DNA from: Candidatus Aenigmatarchaeota archaeon
GTDB lineage: Archaea; Aenigmatarchaeota; Aenigmatarchaeia; GW2011-AR5
DNA length: 64,000 bases
Reading direction: 5' to 3'
NCBI GenBank assembly: GCA_016180945.1
Contig: JACPAG010000003.1
Span: forward strand, 39,312 to 103,311
Below are positions 1 through 9,429 of the stretch, piece after piece; positions within the stretch are counted from its first letter, which is position 1, and every line of letters begins with the position of its first letter. Under the pieces are notes generated by a model. That model saw nothing but the letters and a program-made list of their open reading frames with translations, was not told where the DNA came from and searched no databases. A program made the translations under genes and the position numbers.

Positions 1-102
1 CCGGATGATATAAAAGAAATGACAAGCATCGGCACAAAACAGGTAAAATCTGATTTCATTTATATCGCCGATTTGGCAAAGGGCCTTGGCTGGAAGCAAT
101 AA
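1..102 (+). CDS. rpl13: C-terminal fragment of 50S ribosomal protein uL13 (partial)
   Basis: Frame 1 reads ...IYIADLAKGLGWKQ*, typical archaeal L13 end; immediately upstream of rps9. Confidence 0.75.
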   Translation, partial: PDDIKEMTSIGTKQVKSDFIYIADLAKGLGWKQ

Positions 103-144
103 ATATTTATAATATGGGATACGAGACACGCATAAATAAATAAT

Positions 145-178
145 ATGGCAATCGACTTTTTGCCGGAGCAAAGGGGAT
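145..178 (+). repeat. RBS-hairpin element (family R1) upstream of rps9
   Basis: ATGGCAATC-GA-CTTTTTGC-CGGA-GCAAAG-GG-GAT, matches about 13 other copies. Confidence 0.85.
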
Positions 179-182
179 AAAT

Positions 183-617
183 ATGGCAGAAGAGCAGCAG
201 AAACAGAAAAAGAAAAAAATCATAATAGCCCTTGGAACCAGAAAGAAATCAATAGCCAGGGCTGTTTTGAGGGAAGGCTCCGGAAAGGTCAGGATAAACT
301 CCGTTCTTATTGACTTGGTCGAACCGCGTTATAAGCAGATGAGAATCAAGGAGGCCCTGCTTCTGGCCGGCGACGTTGCAAAAACTGTGGACATAAATGT
401 CAGCGTGTCCGGCGGCGGCGTGTGGGGCCAGGCTGACGCATCCAGGAATGCGATAGCCAATGCACTGGTATCGTGGAGAAAAGACGACAGCCTGAAGCGC
501 GCTTATCTGGAGTACGACCGTTCGCTGCTTATACCGGACGCGCGCCGCACCGAACCGCACAAGCCGTCCCGTTCAAGCGCAGGTCCTAGGCGAACGAAAC
601 AGCAAAGCAAGCGTTAA
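183..617 (+). CDS. rps9: 30S ribosomal protein uS9
   Basis: GTRKKSIARA, GGGVWGQADA, YDRSLL..D.RR.EP.K motifs. Confidence 0.97.
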   Translation: MAEEQQKQKKKKIIIALGTRKKSIARAVLREGSGKVRINSVLIDLVEPRYKQMRIKEALLLAGDVAKTVDINVSVSGGGVWGQADASRNAIANALVSWRKDDSLKRAYLEYDRSLLIPDARRTEPHKPSRSSAGPRRTKQQSKR

Positions 618-639
618 ATAATATTTTTACATAGGAAAT

Positions 640-852
640 ATGGAAAAGGTGATTAATACGATTATCCCAGTCAGGTGTTTATCGTGCGGCAAGCCCGTAG
701 GCGGCTTGTGGGAAAAGTATAAGGAGCGCGTCAGCAAGGGCCAGCAGCCGGGCAAAGCCCTGGACGACCTGGGATTGAAAAGGTACTGCTGCCGTGCCTT
801 GTTCATGACACACGTCGACGTTTTAAAGAACGTCGCCAGATACAGGATATGA
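640..852 (+). CDS. rpoN: RNA polymerase subunit N (Rpo10); true start may be nearer 658
   Basis: IIPVRCLSCGK...RYCCR signature; follows rps9. Confidence 0.96.
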   Translation: MEKVINTIIPVRCLSCGKPVGGLWEKYKERVSKGQQPGKALDDLGLKRYCCRALFMTHVDVLKNVARYRI

Positions 853-855
853 GAC

Positions 856-1557
856 ATGAACATAGAAAAATTCCTTCTTGACAATAACATAAGGATTACA
901 AAACGCCTTGACCAGCACCTTCTTCTTAAGAGCGAAATGCTTGAAAAAGAAGTGGCGTTAGCCGAGCTGAAGAAAAGCGACGTCGTGATTGAAATTGGCC
1001 CCGGCATCGGCAACCTGACAAAGCTTCTTGCAGAAAAATGCAGGGTTGTTGCAATAGAAAAAGACAGGCAATTTGCCGCCCTGCTGGAAAACTATAACGT
1101 CATTTACGGTAACGCATTGGACTTGATAAAAACCGTTAAGTTCAACAAGATTGTATCAAACATACCATACTCGATATCCCAGCCGCTCCTGCTAGAGCTG
1201 CTCAGACATAACTGGCAGAAAGCCGTTTTGATTGTCCAGAAAGAATTTGCAGAAAAACTCGTTAGCGGCAAGTTGGCCATTCTGCTAAAAGACTGCGGAG
1301 ACGTCACGATAGAGGCGTTTGTGCCGGGCGATAATTTTTATCCGCCAGCGGCGGATTCTGCGATAGTTGTCATTGACAAGACCGGGCCGTTCGACGAAAA
1401 TCTGTGGGCCTTCTTAAAAGTCGTATACAGGCGGAAAAACAGGAACGTGAGGAATGTTGTTAAAAAATATCCGGCAGAACTCGGAAAAAAGAAAATTCAT
1501 CAGCTCAGTAACGAAGAGATAAAAGCTTTGTATGAAATGAATAAAGTAATCCAGTGA
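856..1557 (+). CDS. ksgA: 16S rRNA adenine dimethyltransferase KsgA/Dim1
   Basis: LDQHLL, EIGPGIG SAM motif, SNIPYSIS, VQKEFA. Confidence 0.92.
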   Translation: MNIEKFLLDNNIRITKRLDQHLLLKSEMLEKEVALAELKKSDVVIEIGPGIGNLTKLLAEKCRVVAIEKDRQFAALLENYNVIYGNALDLIKTVKFNKIVSNIPYSISQPLLLELLRHNWQKAVLIVQKEFAEKLVSGKLAILLKDCGDVTIEAFVPGDNFYPPAADSAIVVIDKTGPFDENLWAFLKVVYRRKNRNVRNVVKKYPAELGKKKIHQLSNEEIKALYEMNKVIQ

Positions 1558-1561
1558 TACT

Positions 1562-2266
1562 ATGGCTACCCAAACCCATGAAAGGGCTGCAACCACCGAG
1601 GAAGCGAGAAGATACTTAGAATACGCATTAGATCCTTCGTTCACCAGGGAGATGGCGGCCATTTTTGGCAACGCCGAACCGGCTCCGGCAGAAATAGCAT
1701 TCTACGACGCAAAGCTTAGTGGTACTGGCGAGCTTGCAAATTATCTTAGGCCTGAAGAGGTCGCCGAACTATACAACGGGGACAGAGAATTTGTAATGTC
1801 TAGGATAAGGGAGGAGCGTGGCACAACAAAAACCCAGATGGCTCTCAGCCCTGACTTATTAAAAATGCCAGAGGCTCTTGTATATGCTGTTATAGACCAT
1901 GAAAAGTCTCATGGAGCCCAGCCAAAAGGCAAACTGGCGATGAAAGGCATTCATGCCTACACGCCTTTTGGCGTCTTGCCGCTGGGCGAAATGCTTGTAG
2001 AAGGCTGGGCAGAATATGGGCTTGAAAGAAAAGGAAGAAAACCACCTTCCCGTTATTTCGACGAAATATACGGCCACGGAAAAACAGCATACAGCCGGTT
2101 CAGGGATCTCGTCTACGAAGTCGAGGAGCAGTCGCCTGGCATAACAAGGCAGATAATGAGGGCAGCAAGGAGAGGCGGCCCAAACGCGGCAATAAGGCTT
2201 ATAGAAGGCATACCAAACATAGAGAATATAGTAACTAAATATGCCTGCAGCATGAGAAAGAACTAG
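1562..2266 (+). CDS. Hypothetical protein with gluzincin-like HExxH...E zinc-peptidase motif
   Basis: VIDHEKSHG followed by LVEGWAEY. Confidence 0.6.
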   Translation: MATQTHERAATTEEARRYLEYALDPSFTREMAAIFGNAEPAPAEIAFYDAKLSGTGELANYLRPEEVAELYNGDREFVMSRIREERGTTKTQMALSPDLLKMPEALVYAVIDHEKSHGAQPKGKLAMKGIHAYTPFGVLPLGEMLVEGWAEYGLERKGRKPPSRYFDEIYGHGKTAYSRFRDLVYEVEEQSPGITRQIMRAARRGGPNAAIRLIEGIPNIENIVTKYACSMRKN

Positions 2267-2469
2267 CTTATTATTATCTTGTTCTTGCCCTTGAATTCTG
2301 CGCCTATCTTGGTTACATCCGGAATTTTGCCTTCTTTTAGCTGCTGGATTTCGTAGGCGCCGCCTTTTTTCAGATGCACCGCGCTGTGCCGCTGCAGGCC
2401 ACGCCAGCTATTGTATTCCTTTTTGCAGCGCATGCACCGGTATTTTACAGCCGCCTTCTTTTTTGCCAT
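2263..2469 (-). CDS. Small C2H2 zinc-finger protein
   Basis: YRCMRCKKEYNSWRGLQRHSAVH. Confidence 0.75.
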   Translation of the reverse strand: MAKKKAAVKYRCMRCKKEYNSWRGLQRHSAVHLKKGGAYEIQQLKEGKIPDVTKIGAEFKGKNKIIIS

Positions 2470-2564
2470 AATTTTATAGTGCTTGGAAATTATTTAAAAC
2501 AAGGCACTCTCTCATACTGAGGACTGGCTTCCTCTTATAAAAGTTTTCATAATGAATAGATATT

Positions 2565-3650
2565 ATGCTTCCCGACAAATACAGGCCGAAAATGCTTTCG
2601 GACATGATAGGCAACCGGGAACAGGTAGCTGAAATAAGAGACTGGATAGCGGCGTGGAAAAAGGGCAAGGCACTCTTGCTGTACGGCCCGACTGGCGGCG
2701 GAAAATCCTTGGCCATCGAACTGATAGCAAAAGAAATGCATTGCGAGCTCGTCGAAAGCCACGCAAGCGACAACAGAAGCTACAGGCAGCTGAAAGAAAG
2801 TATAATGAAAGCGTCCGGGCAGAGGAGCCTGATGCTGAGGAAAAAGCTCATTCTTGTAGATGAAATCGAAACGCTCGAGTCCGTAAAGGGCGTTATAGAG
2901 CTGATAGAGAGCAGCGACTTCCCGGTAATATTAATAGGAACAAACCCCTACGAGAAGAGACTGTTTTCATTGCGGCAGCATTGCAGGCTTGTGAAACTTG
3001 GAAAAGTCCGTCACGACGTTCTGTCACGATTCCTGATGCAGGTGAATGTGAAAGAGAAATTGAACGTTCCGGACTCGTCAATTTATGGCATTTCAAAGGC
3101 ATGCAATGGCGATGTGAGGAGCGCCCTCATAGACCTCTTGTACAGCTGTCCTGCTGTCAGGGAATATGACGAAGACGTGTTCAACACGCTGAAAATAATT
3201 TTCAGGTCGCCGAAAATAGGCGATATCCGCGAAGCCGTAAGCAATTCGGACAGCGAAGGTATCGTGCAGTGGCTGGAAAACAACATACCTGCAGAATACA
3301 CGGACCCGCAGGAAATTGCATCCGCTTACGACTTTCTCTCAAAGGCGGATTTGTTCATGGCCAGAATCATCAAGCGTCAGTCATGGAGCCTGCAAAAATA
3401 CTTTATCGACATGGGTATTTTAGGCGTGTCAGCAAGCAAAAAACAGGTCAGGAACGTTTTTGTTTCTTATGCCAGGCCAGTTTACAGGCATAATAGCATG
3501 GACGGCGCGTTAGGAAAAATAAGCAAAAAACTTCATGTCTCAAAAAAGGATGCGAGAGTTTACGTCACGCTTGTAGGGAAACTTTCCCAAAAAACAGACA
3601 TCGCAACCAAACTGGGCCTCAGCGAGGAAGATATGGAATTAATAAAGTAA
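2565..3650 (+). CDS. rfcL: Replication factor C large subunit
   Basis: KYRPK, Walker A GPTGGGKS, ASD.R, Walker B ILVDE, GDVRSA, WLENN, LSKAD. Confidence 0.92.
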   Translation: MLPDKYRPKMLSDMIGNREQVAEIRDWIAAWKKGKALLLYGPTGGGKSLAIELIAKEMHCELVESHASDNRSYRQLKESIMKASGQRSLMLRKKLILVDEIETLESVKGVIELIESSDFPVILIGTNPYEKRLFSLRQHCRLVKLGKVRHDVLSRFLMQVNVKEKLNVPDSSIYGISKACNGDVRSALIDLLYSCPAVREYDEDVFNTLKIIFRSPKIGDIREAVSNSDSEGIVQWLENNIPAEYTDPQEIASAYDFLSKADLFMARIIKRQSWSLQKYFIDMGILGVSASKKQVRNVFVSYARPVYRHNSMDGALGKISKKLHVSKKDARVYVTLVGKLSQKTDIATKLGLSEEDMELIK

Positions 3651-3667
3651 GAATGCTTTCAGCTTAC

Positions 3668-4363
3668 CTATAGAACAAAAAACTTTGCGCGCCCCAGAAT
3701 AAGGCTGTTTATCAGCCTTATTTCCTGGCCCGGCTTGACATCAGCATCAAACTTGACTTTTTTTTGGTCGTCGCCCTTTTTAATCTCTATTTTTTTTGAT
3801 TCTATTTCCTTTGGCTTGGTCAGGTCAAAAAGTGACACGTTGACTAAAATATCGTAATCCAAGGCGTCCTTTAATTTGATTGTAGCTTCGTCTTTGGATG
3901 TATCTGCATCAACGCCTTTTATTTCCGGTCTTGCGCCATACCACACCTGGGTGCGCGGCGACTGCAGAAGAACAAGATGAAAATTTTCCATCCCCTTTGC
4001 GCAATCGAGATTGTTTTTTTTCGTTACGTTCAGCATATAGCCTATTTGTGCCGTTCTCTCCGTAGCGAATTGCACGAATTCTTTCAGGTTTTCCCCGGTA
4101 CAGCCGGGATCGGATTTTATCGCCGCCAGAAGACCGTCTTTTACGCTGGAAAAATAAAAATCTTCGTCAGACAAAACAGGCGAGGATTCCACGGCAAAAT
4201 AATCCTTGAATATGACGGATATGGAAAGGAAAATCCCCGAAGCTATGACGGCCGAGATAAAAAACCACTGTCCCTTATTGAAAATATTATCCCTTCGGCT
4301 GTTGTTCCCTGCTTGCCTGCAGCGATTTTCCAGCTTCTTACTTAAAGGCGATAATCTGGGCAT
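3668..4363 (-). CDS. Hypothetical protein with class III signal-like KG|Q hydrophobic segment; start may be downstream
   Basis: NKGQWFFISAVIASGIFLSISVIF. Confidence 0.6.
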   Translation of the reverse strand: MPRLSPLSKKLENRCRQAGNNSRRDNIFNKGQWFFISAVIASGIFLSISVIFKDYFAVESSPVLSDEDFYFSSVKDGLLAAIKSDPGCTGENLKEFVQFATERTAQIGYMLNVTKKNNLDCAKGMENFHLVLLQSPRTQVWYGARPEIKGVDADTSKDEATIKLKDALDYDILVNVSLFDLTKPKEIESKKIEIKKGDDQKKVKFDADVKPGQEIRLINSLILGRAKFFVL

Positions 4364-4637
4364 GGGGCACCCCGCTTATTTCTATTGCACTCTTCCTTTC
4401 AATAATGTCTTCCCGGATGAGCAGGGAAATTATATCGTTCCCTACGGCGTTCACTATAGTTGCAGTTTTGAGTAATTTTATTACCTCTTTTTCATCGCCG
4501 CTTTTGGAGCCGTAGAATTCTTTCGAAACATCCAGTTGCAAGTCTTTTTCCGCGAATGTTTTTCCTACTATGTCAATGTCAGAAACAGCAAGAAGAATCT
4601 CTTCGCCCTGCTTGAAAACCGAATAGGAAAATTGCAT
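4338..4637 (-). CDS. DUF424 family protein
   Basis: LLAVSD..IVGK.F....L.L.V..EFYG, ATIVNAVG, GVPHAQI; conserved next to aIF2-beta. Confidence 0.88.
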   Translation of the reverse strand: MQFSYSVFKQGEEILLAVSDIDIVGKTFAEKDLQLDVSKEFYGSKSGDEKEVIKLLKTATIVNAVGNDIISLLIREDIIERKSAIEISGVPHAQIIAFK

Positions 4638-4686
4638 AATAGTATGTGCTTCGGATATTATAAAAAGCGCTGAGGAGAAATTACCC

Positions 4687-5091
4687 TTATATCGTTTCCA
4701 TCGACCTTCTGGCGCCGCATGCCTCGCATTTTATGAATATTATGTTTTTGCCTTCCTGGACTGTTGTATCGGGTTTTCCGCACTCGTTGCACATGACGAA
4801 CCGCTTTGCATATTCCTGCACCCGCTGGTTTATGAGAACAGGATAGACTTTCCCCTGAAAAAGCAGCGCACCCTCCTTAAGAGACCCGGGTACAGCAAGT
4901 TCTTTGAAAAGGAATTTTGCCAGGTGTTTCGGCTCCCTTCTGAGGGCCTTTGCTATCTCAGCGAAGTTCTTGACAACCGTCTGCTTGCCTGTCTGGACGT
5001 CGGCGACGGGAATCTCGAATCTTTTTTCCTCTCTCGAAAGCTGCGGAAGCTTTTGCCTTGCCCTTTCAAGCAGTGTTTCATAATTGTCCAT
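4687..5091 (-). CDS. eif2b: Translation initiation factor 2 subunit beta
   Basis: YETLLERA, RFEIP, NFAEIA, CNECGKPDT, CEACGA. Confidence 0.96.
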   Translation of the reverse strand: MDNYETLLERARQKLPQLSREEKRFEIPVADVQTGKQTVVKNFAEIAKALRREPKHLAKFLFKELAVPGSLKEGALLFQGKVYPVLINQRVQEYAKRFVMCNECGKPDTTVQEGKNIIFIKCEACGARRSMETI

Positions 5092-5130
5092 TCAATTCAC
5101 CCGAATATTTTATCAGTTACAAATAAGCAG

Positions 5131-5227
5131 GCTTTGTTTAAAAAGAAACCCATTGGCCGTCTTTTGACGCCAATGGGTTACCCATCAGTGTGCATCATTC
5201 TGATGCACACTACTTTTTAAACAAAGC
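5131..5227. repeat. 97-bp Y-shaped palindromic element (closing stem plus two hairpins)
   Basis: GCTTTGTTTAAAAAG...CTTTTTAAACAAAGC encloses AACCCATTGG..CCAATGGGTT and AGTGTGCATCA-TTC-TGATGCACACT. Confidence 0.8.
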
Positions 5228-5247
5228 TAAATAAGCAACCTAATTAT

Positions 5248-5619
5248 TTAAGCAAACTTCTGCAGACCCGTGAGCAGATATTTGTTTTTTGCGGATTTTA
5301 TGGTCCCCGTAACGCCGAGTATTTTTATCAGCGCCTTTGATTCGCCTATTATCTGTATCAGCGAGAGGACCGCGCGTATATGCTCGACGTAATCATGCTT
5401 GCACTTGATGACGCCGCGCTGCTTTTCAGCGTCGTAGAGGTTCTGGACAAGCCACATCTTGGCTTCTGCGCTTTCCAGTTCGCCGAGAAAATTCATCATC
5501 TGGCTCCATATGGTGTCTACGAGGTCCTCGTATTTGACAGCCTGCTCTGATATGATTTCGAAAACTATATACCTCCTGCGGCTTCTTAAGCTGGGCGGCA
5601 GCATTTTAGGCTCTGGCAT
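5248..5619 (-). CDS. rnp2: RNase P protein Pop5/Rpp14
   Basis: LPPSLRSRRRYIVFEI, GVTGTIKSA. Confidence 0.93.
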   Translation of the reverse strand: MPEPKMLPPSLRSRRRYIVFEIISEQAVKYEDLVDTIWSQMMNFLGELESAEAKMWLVQNLYDAEKQRGVIKCKHDYVEHIRAVLSLIQIIGESKALIKILGVTGTIKSAKNKYLLTGLQKFA

Positions 5620-5782
5620 AGGTATCACACTAAGTAATGCAAAGATGATGCTTGATTCAGCAAGCAGGCGAATTGCCTAATGGATATCAAGGGGAATTTT
5701 GTTTTGTTTACTTGATTACATATCCAGTTAACAACCATACTTCCATATCGCATAAAGCAGCACATCTTCGGCTTAGTTCTAA

Positions 5783-6319
5783 TTATTTCCATTTGATTGA
5801 GCATCCCATCGACGGCTCAAAACCCTTTATTCGTTCCCCTCTCAAAACTTTGTTTATGTTGTTCTCCATCGTCTGTTCCGTAGCTTTTGCGTCGAGCTCA
5901 AGTGCGTTGTCAATCCTGCCGTGGAATACGAGTTTTCGGTTTTTGTCGAAAAGAAACGGGTCCGGCGTGCAGACGGCGCCGTAAGCTTTGGCCACGCTCT
6001 GCGTTTCGTCAATCAGATACGGAAAATTGATGCCTTGTTCCCGTGCGAACTTCTTCATGTTCTCAAATCCCTCGCCCGGATATGCAGGGTTGTTGCTGTT
6101 TATCCCGGCTATCGTGGCCTTTCCGGCAAATTTTTCCTGCAATCTGGTTATCGAACCTATTTTAGCAAGCACGTACGGACAATGGTTGCACATGAAAATT
6201 ACCAGTAGTAGGCCGGCAAATTCGTCTGCCGAATGTATCTTTCCATCCACGCCTTTTAGCCTGAAATCCGGGGCGCTGCTCCCTGTTTGAAGTTTCGCCT
6301 GAGATGTCGTCAAAACCAT
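5783..6319 (-). CDS. AhpC/TSA thioredoxin-like family protein
   Basis: APDF.L, FMCNHCPYV, YGAVCTPD, SMGCSIKW. Confidence 0.92.
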   Translation of the reverse strand: MVLTTSQAKLQTGSSAPDFRLKGVDGKIHSADEFAGLLLVIFMCNHCPYVLAKIGSITRLQEKFAGKATIAGINSNNPAYPGEGFENMKKFAREQGINFPYLIDETQSVAKAYGAVCTPDPFLFDKNRKLVFHGRIDNALELDAKATEQTMENNINKVLRGERIKGFEPSMGCSIKWK

Positions 6320-6323
6320 ATAA

Positions 6324-7016
6324 TCACTCTACTACACTTACCCCTTCAAATCTGTTGCCGGCAAGCTTTTCCCTGTTTATCCTTACGATTTCTTCCGGAA
6401 CCGTGGACGTCGTCGCTATGGATTCTCCAAGTTCCAGTCCTAACAGATAAGCGAACGCCGCCAGCTCTCTTCCCGACCGCATGCCCCATTTGCTTACCGC
6501 GCCCGATGTCGTTATTATTCTGGTCTCGTATTTTTTTGCAAGCTTGATGTTCTTTTTCATCGCCGACAATATGTATATCCGCCTGCGCTTGTAAGATTCC
6601 AGTATTTCCCGGAAGTTTATTTCTATCGCAACTTTATTTTCGCCGGCCGCTTTCATGCAGACATGGTCCAGTCCGCTGTCTTTCCGTCCAAGCTCAGGAT
6701 GGCAGAGGATATCAACCATGGGATTTTCACAGGCAGCACGGTTTACGTCATAATCGCCGCCGTGGACCATGATAATTTCCGCTTTGTTCCTGACGTTGCG
6801 GATTGCTTTGTCCAGCTCTGCCGCATTGCCGGATTTTATTATCACGCAAGAAACAAGGTCGATGCCTTCTATCTTCGGGAGCTGCTCAATCTTTCCATTA
6901 TAGTATCTTGCAATCCCAATGCTCCCCAGGCCAATCCGCTTTGCCGTTTCAGCCATTTCTTCTACGGTGTTCTCCCCTATCGAAAGGCTTGTATGCACAT
7001 GCAGGTCGTGAAACAT
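6324..7016 (-). CDS. rnp3: RNase P protein Rpp30
   Basis: PHP-like DLHVH, NRAACE...VDILCHP, AIEINF. Confidence 0.9.
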   Translation of the reverse strand: MFHDLHVHTSLSIGENTVEEMAETAKRIGLGSIGIARYYNGKIEQLPKIEGIDLVSCVIIKSGNAAELDKAIRNVRNKAEIIMVHGGDYDVNRAACENPMVDILCHPELGRKDSGLDHVCMKAAGENKVAIEINFREILESYKRRRIYILSAMKKNIKLAKKYETRIITTSGAVSKWGMRSGRELAAFAYLLGLELGESIATTSTVPEEIVRINREKLAGNRFEGVSVVE

Positions 7017-7170
7017 CCAATCACCAAGGACTTCATTAGTCCATCAAGCCGCTTGCGGCTTGATAGTTCTGCCCTTGAAAAGTACTTGCACAGCAAAGTT
7101 TTAATAAGTAGGTTATAATCGCACGAAAAATAACCTACCGCAGTAGTGTATAAAGAGAAAAGAGGATACA

Positions 7171-7656
7171 CTACTCCCTCAATATCCCGAGCGCGCTCTG
7201 CATCCTCGCCTTCATCGTGTGTATATTGTCTTTCGCCATCTCTATGTACCGTCTCCTCTGCTTGTAATAAAACGTGTAGTTGAAAAGCCACCAGAAGCTC
7301 TTCTGGATGAAATTCGCGTATTCGTATTCCGTCATGATGTTCCCCTTGAACTGCAGCCTTACCCAGCCGGTCTTGTCCTTGCTCGACTGGACGCCCTGGG
7401 CGATGAATCTCACCATTGTTTTGGTCCATCTGTCTTCGGTTCGCCTGCCCTCGTAAAGCGCATAGAAAGGCCTCGGGTCGGATGTTATGTCCCATCTCGT
7501 GTCTATTTCCCTTATATGCTGCCCTGTTATTTTCATTACGTCCCTCAGGAGCTGCGGTATGATGAGCACAGGCGTGTAGGGATTTTTTCCCTCGTAATTT
7601 ATCTTTACCGTCTCCGCCGGCGCGAGTATGTCGTCAATTATCCTGATTGTTGGCAT
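7171..7656 (-). CDS. Conserved hypothetical protein (paralog of neighbour)
   Basis: Host-like codon usage; shares KI.Y.GK.P and TEY...Q...W...FY..RR..Y with 7658-8164. Confidence 0.75.
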   Translation of the reverse strand: MPTIRIIDDILAPAETVKINYEGKNPYTPVLIIPQLLRDVMKITGQHIREIDTRWDITSDPRPFYALYEGRRTEDRWTKTMVRFIAQGVQSSKDKTGWVRLQFKGNIMTEYEYANFIQKSFWWLFNYTFYYKQRRRYIEMAKDNIHTMKARMQSALGILRE

Positions 7657-7657
7657 G

Positions 7658-8164
7658 TCATTCCCTCAGCTGCTCGGCAGCCCGTTTCAGAGCATTCTCG
7701 AAATTTATGAGAAGCTCTTTGCCCGTATTAAGGTATTCTATTCTTCTCTGGTGGTAGAAAACCCTGTGCCACGTCCTGCGCAGCATTTCATATACGATGC
7801 TCTGCTGCCATATGGTGTCCTGCGGGTATTCTGTTATCAGCCTTGGCCTTATGGTTATCACCGCCTTTCCTTCCCCGTTTGCCGAAGAGCCGCGAAAATC
7901 TATCTCTATATACAAGTAACTAAAGAGGTCGAAGAGCTTGTTCACGTCCCAGCCGACCTCAAACCTTTCCGTATCCTTGAGCTTTTCCCACGAATAATCT
8001 CTTTCCTGAATGTACGCATCCGGGACATTTATGACAGTCCTTATCAGCTCGTTGATTTTCTTGTACAGCTTTCCCGGGTCCTTTCCCGCGTACGTTATTT
8101 TAATCTGCTTAACCGGTTCAAACAAATAGTCCCATATCATTAATTTGGTTCTTGCCCAGACCAT
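7658..8164 (-). CDS. Conserved hypothetical protein (paralog of neighbour)
   Basis: Start trimmed to MVWARTK; stop 1 nt from next start. Confidence 0.75.
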   Translation of the reverse strand: MVWARTKLMIWDYLFEPVKQIKITYAGKDPGKLYKKINELIRTVINVPDAYIQERDYSWEKLKDTERFEVGWDVNKLFDLFSYLYIEIDFRGSSANGEGKAVITIRPRLITEYPQDTIWQQSIVYEMLRRTWHRVFYHQRRIEYLNTGKELLINFENALKRAAEQLRE

Positions 8165-8353
8165 CAGAATCGCCTTATGATATATTATCGTGGCTGTATA
8201 AAAATAAAAATTACCAAGGTATTCCAGAGGGCAAGGCAGAAATAAAGCCGCCTCCCCTAGCTTCATTCCTGGAAACTAAGAGATAAACTTCTCTTTCCTT
8301 CTTTCTTTAACTCTATGATTAGCTTTATACACAGCCAATCTCAATATTTATTC

Positions 8354-8689
8354 ATGGTCTTCGAAATCATAGTCGCAGCAATCCTCATAGCCTTCGGGCT
8401 GCTTTCGATATACTTCTCCATAGAGGAAAACGTCGGCGACAACAAGCTGATGCTGATACTGGTTATAGGCATCTTGTCCGTCGTGGCCGGCTTATGGATA
8501 ATCGTGGTCAAGATAACGCTGGCGGTCATACTGAAGAAGATAGCCGGACTCGTCCTCACGGGCTTCGGGCTTTTCATGGTGATAAGCTTTCCTGATATAA
8601 CCGACTATCAGTACCAGACCTTCAGCTTTTCAGGCGTCTTTATAGGCCTCATAGTTCTTGTCATAGGAGTTTATCTGCTGCTGTTTTAA
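8354..8689 (+). CDS. Four-helix membrane protein
   Basis: Four hydrophobic segments, host-like codons. Confidence 0.7.
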   Translation: MVFEIIVAAILIAFGLLSIYFSIEENVGDNKLMLILVIGILSVVAGLWIIVVKITLAVILKKIAGLVLTGFGLFMVISFPDITDYQYQTFSFSGVFIGLIVLVIGVYLLLF

Positions 8690-8811
8690 GTAAGTCAAGA
8701 ATGTTTGCTTCGGCTAGTTTCCAGAAGGAGGTATCATTCCCAACAATTCAATTAGAATCCTAATTCATAAAGTAATGGTGATAGAAAAAGAACATTTTTT
8801 GTAGTACACTA

Positions 8812-9033
8812 TCAGCGCCAAAACTTTGACTTCTCTCCTCTCAATATTTTTCTCCTTATTCTTCTTTTTCCTGTTTTCAAATCAGTATCTATAAACTCAT
8901 TTTTATCTGGGTTTCTTGGAGCCATTATTAACTTTGACTTTTCTTTTCTAACTAATTTTCTCCTTATTGTTATTTTTCCTGTTTTTATATCAATCCATTC
9001 AAACTCGCCCTTTCTTAGTTTTCTTGGAGCCAT
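8812..9033 (-). CDS. Basic 73-aa protein made of two tandem ~36-aa repeats
   Basis: MAPR...KTGK..IRRK..R.EKSK occurs twice; GGAGG upstream. Confidence 0.5.
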   Translation of the reverse strand: MAPRKLRKGEFEWIDIKTGKITIRRKLVRKEKSKLIMAPRNPDKNEFIDTDLKTGKRRIRRKILRGEKSKFWR

Positions 9034-9085
9034 TACAAAACCTCCAGAGTATTCAACTCCCCAAAGAAGTAATTTCCTTACTTTA

Positions 9086-9319
9086 TTATTTCTTCTTCTC
9101 TTTCTTCTCCCACTTGAGGTCTTCGTATTCTATCCACGCGACTATCAGGCCGATGAAAATCAGGAATATGCCGAAAAGCCCCACGAACATGTCCATGAAA
9201 GCCCTCGTAGGGCGGATGCCCAGTATGTCGTTGAACTGGCCTAGCAAAGGACCGGCGTACCAGTACACGCCCGCTGTGAAAACCAACAACCCAATAACAA
9301 GTTTAACCGCCGGATGCAT
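9086..9319 (-). CDS. Small two-TM membrane protein
   Basis: Two hydrophobic helices and IEYEDLK/K-rich tail. Confidence 0.7.
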   Translation of the reverse strand: MHPAVKLVIGLLVFTAGVYWYAGPLLGQFNDILGIRPTRAFMDMFVGLFGIFLIFIGLIVAWIEYEDLKWEKKEKKK

Positions 9320-9429
9320 TATATCACAACACAAAACAAATTTTTAATAGATTTTAATAGTTTATACCAGAGAGGCTTTAAAAACTTAACTTTGTGAAAA
9401 ACCACTGCAATTAATTATTAAAAACAAAA

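Noticed and set aside
145..180. R1 as a conserved leader peptide (MAID...)
   Set aside because: Frame and stop differ between copies (immediate TAA, in-frame, out-of-frame) and some lack the ATG, while base pairing is what is conserved.
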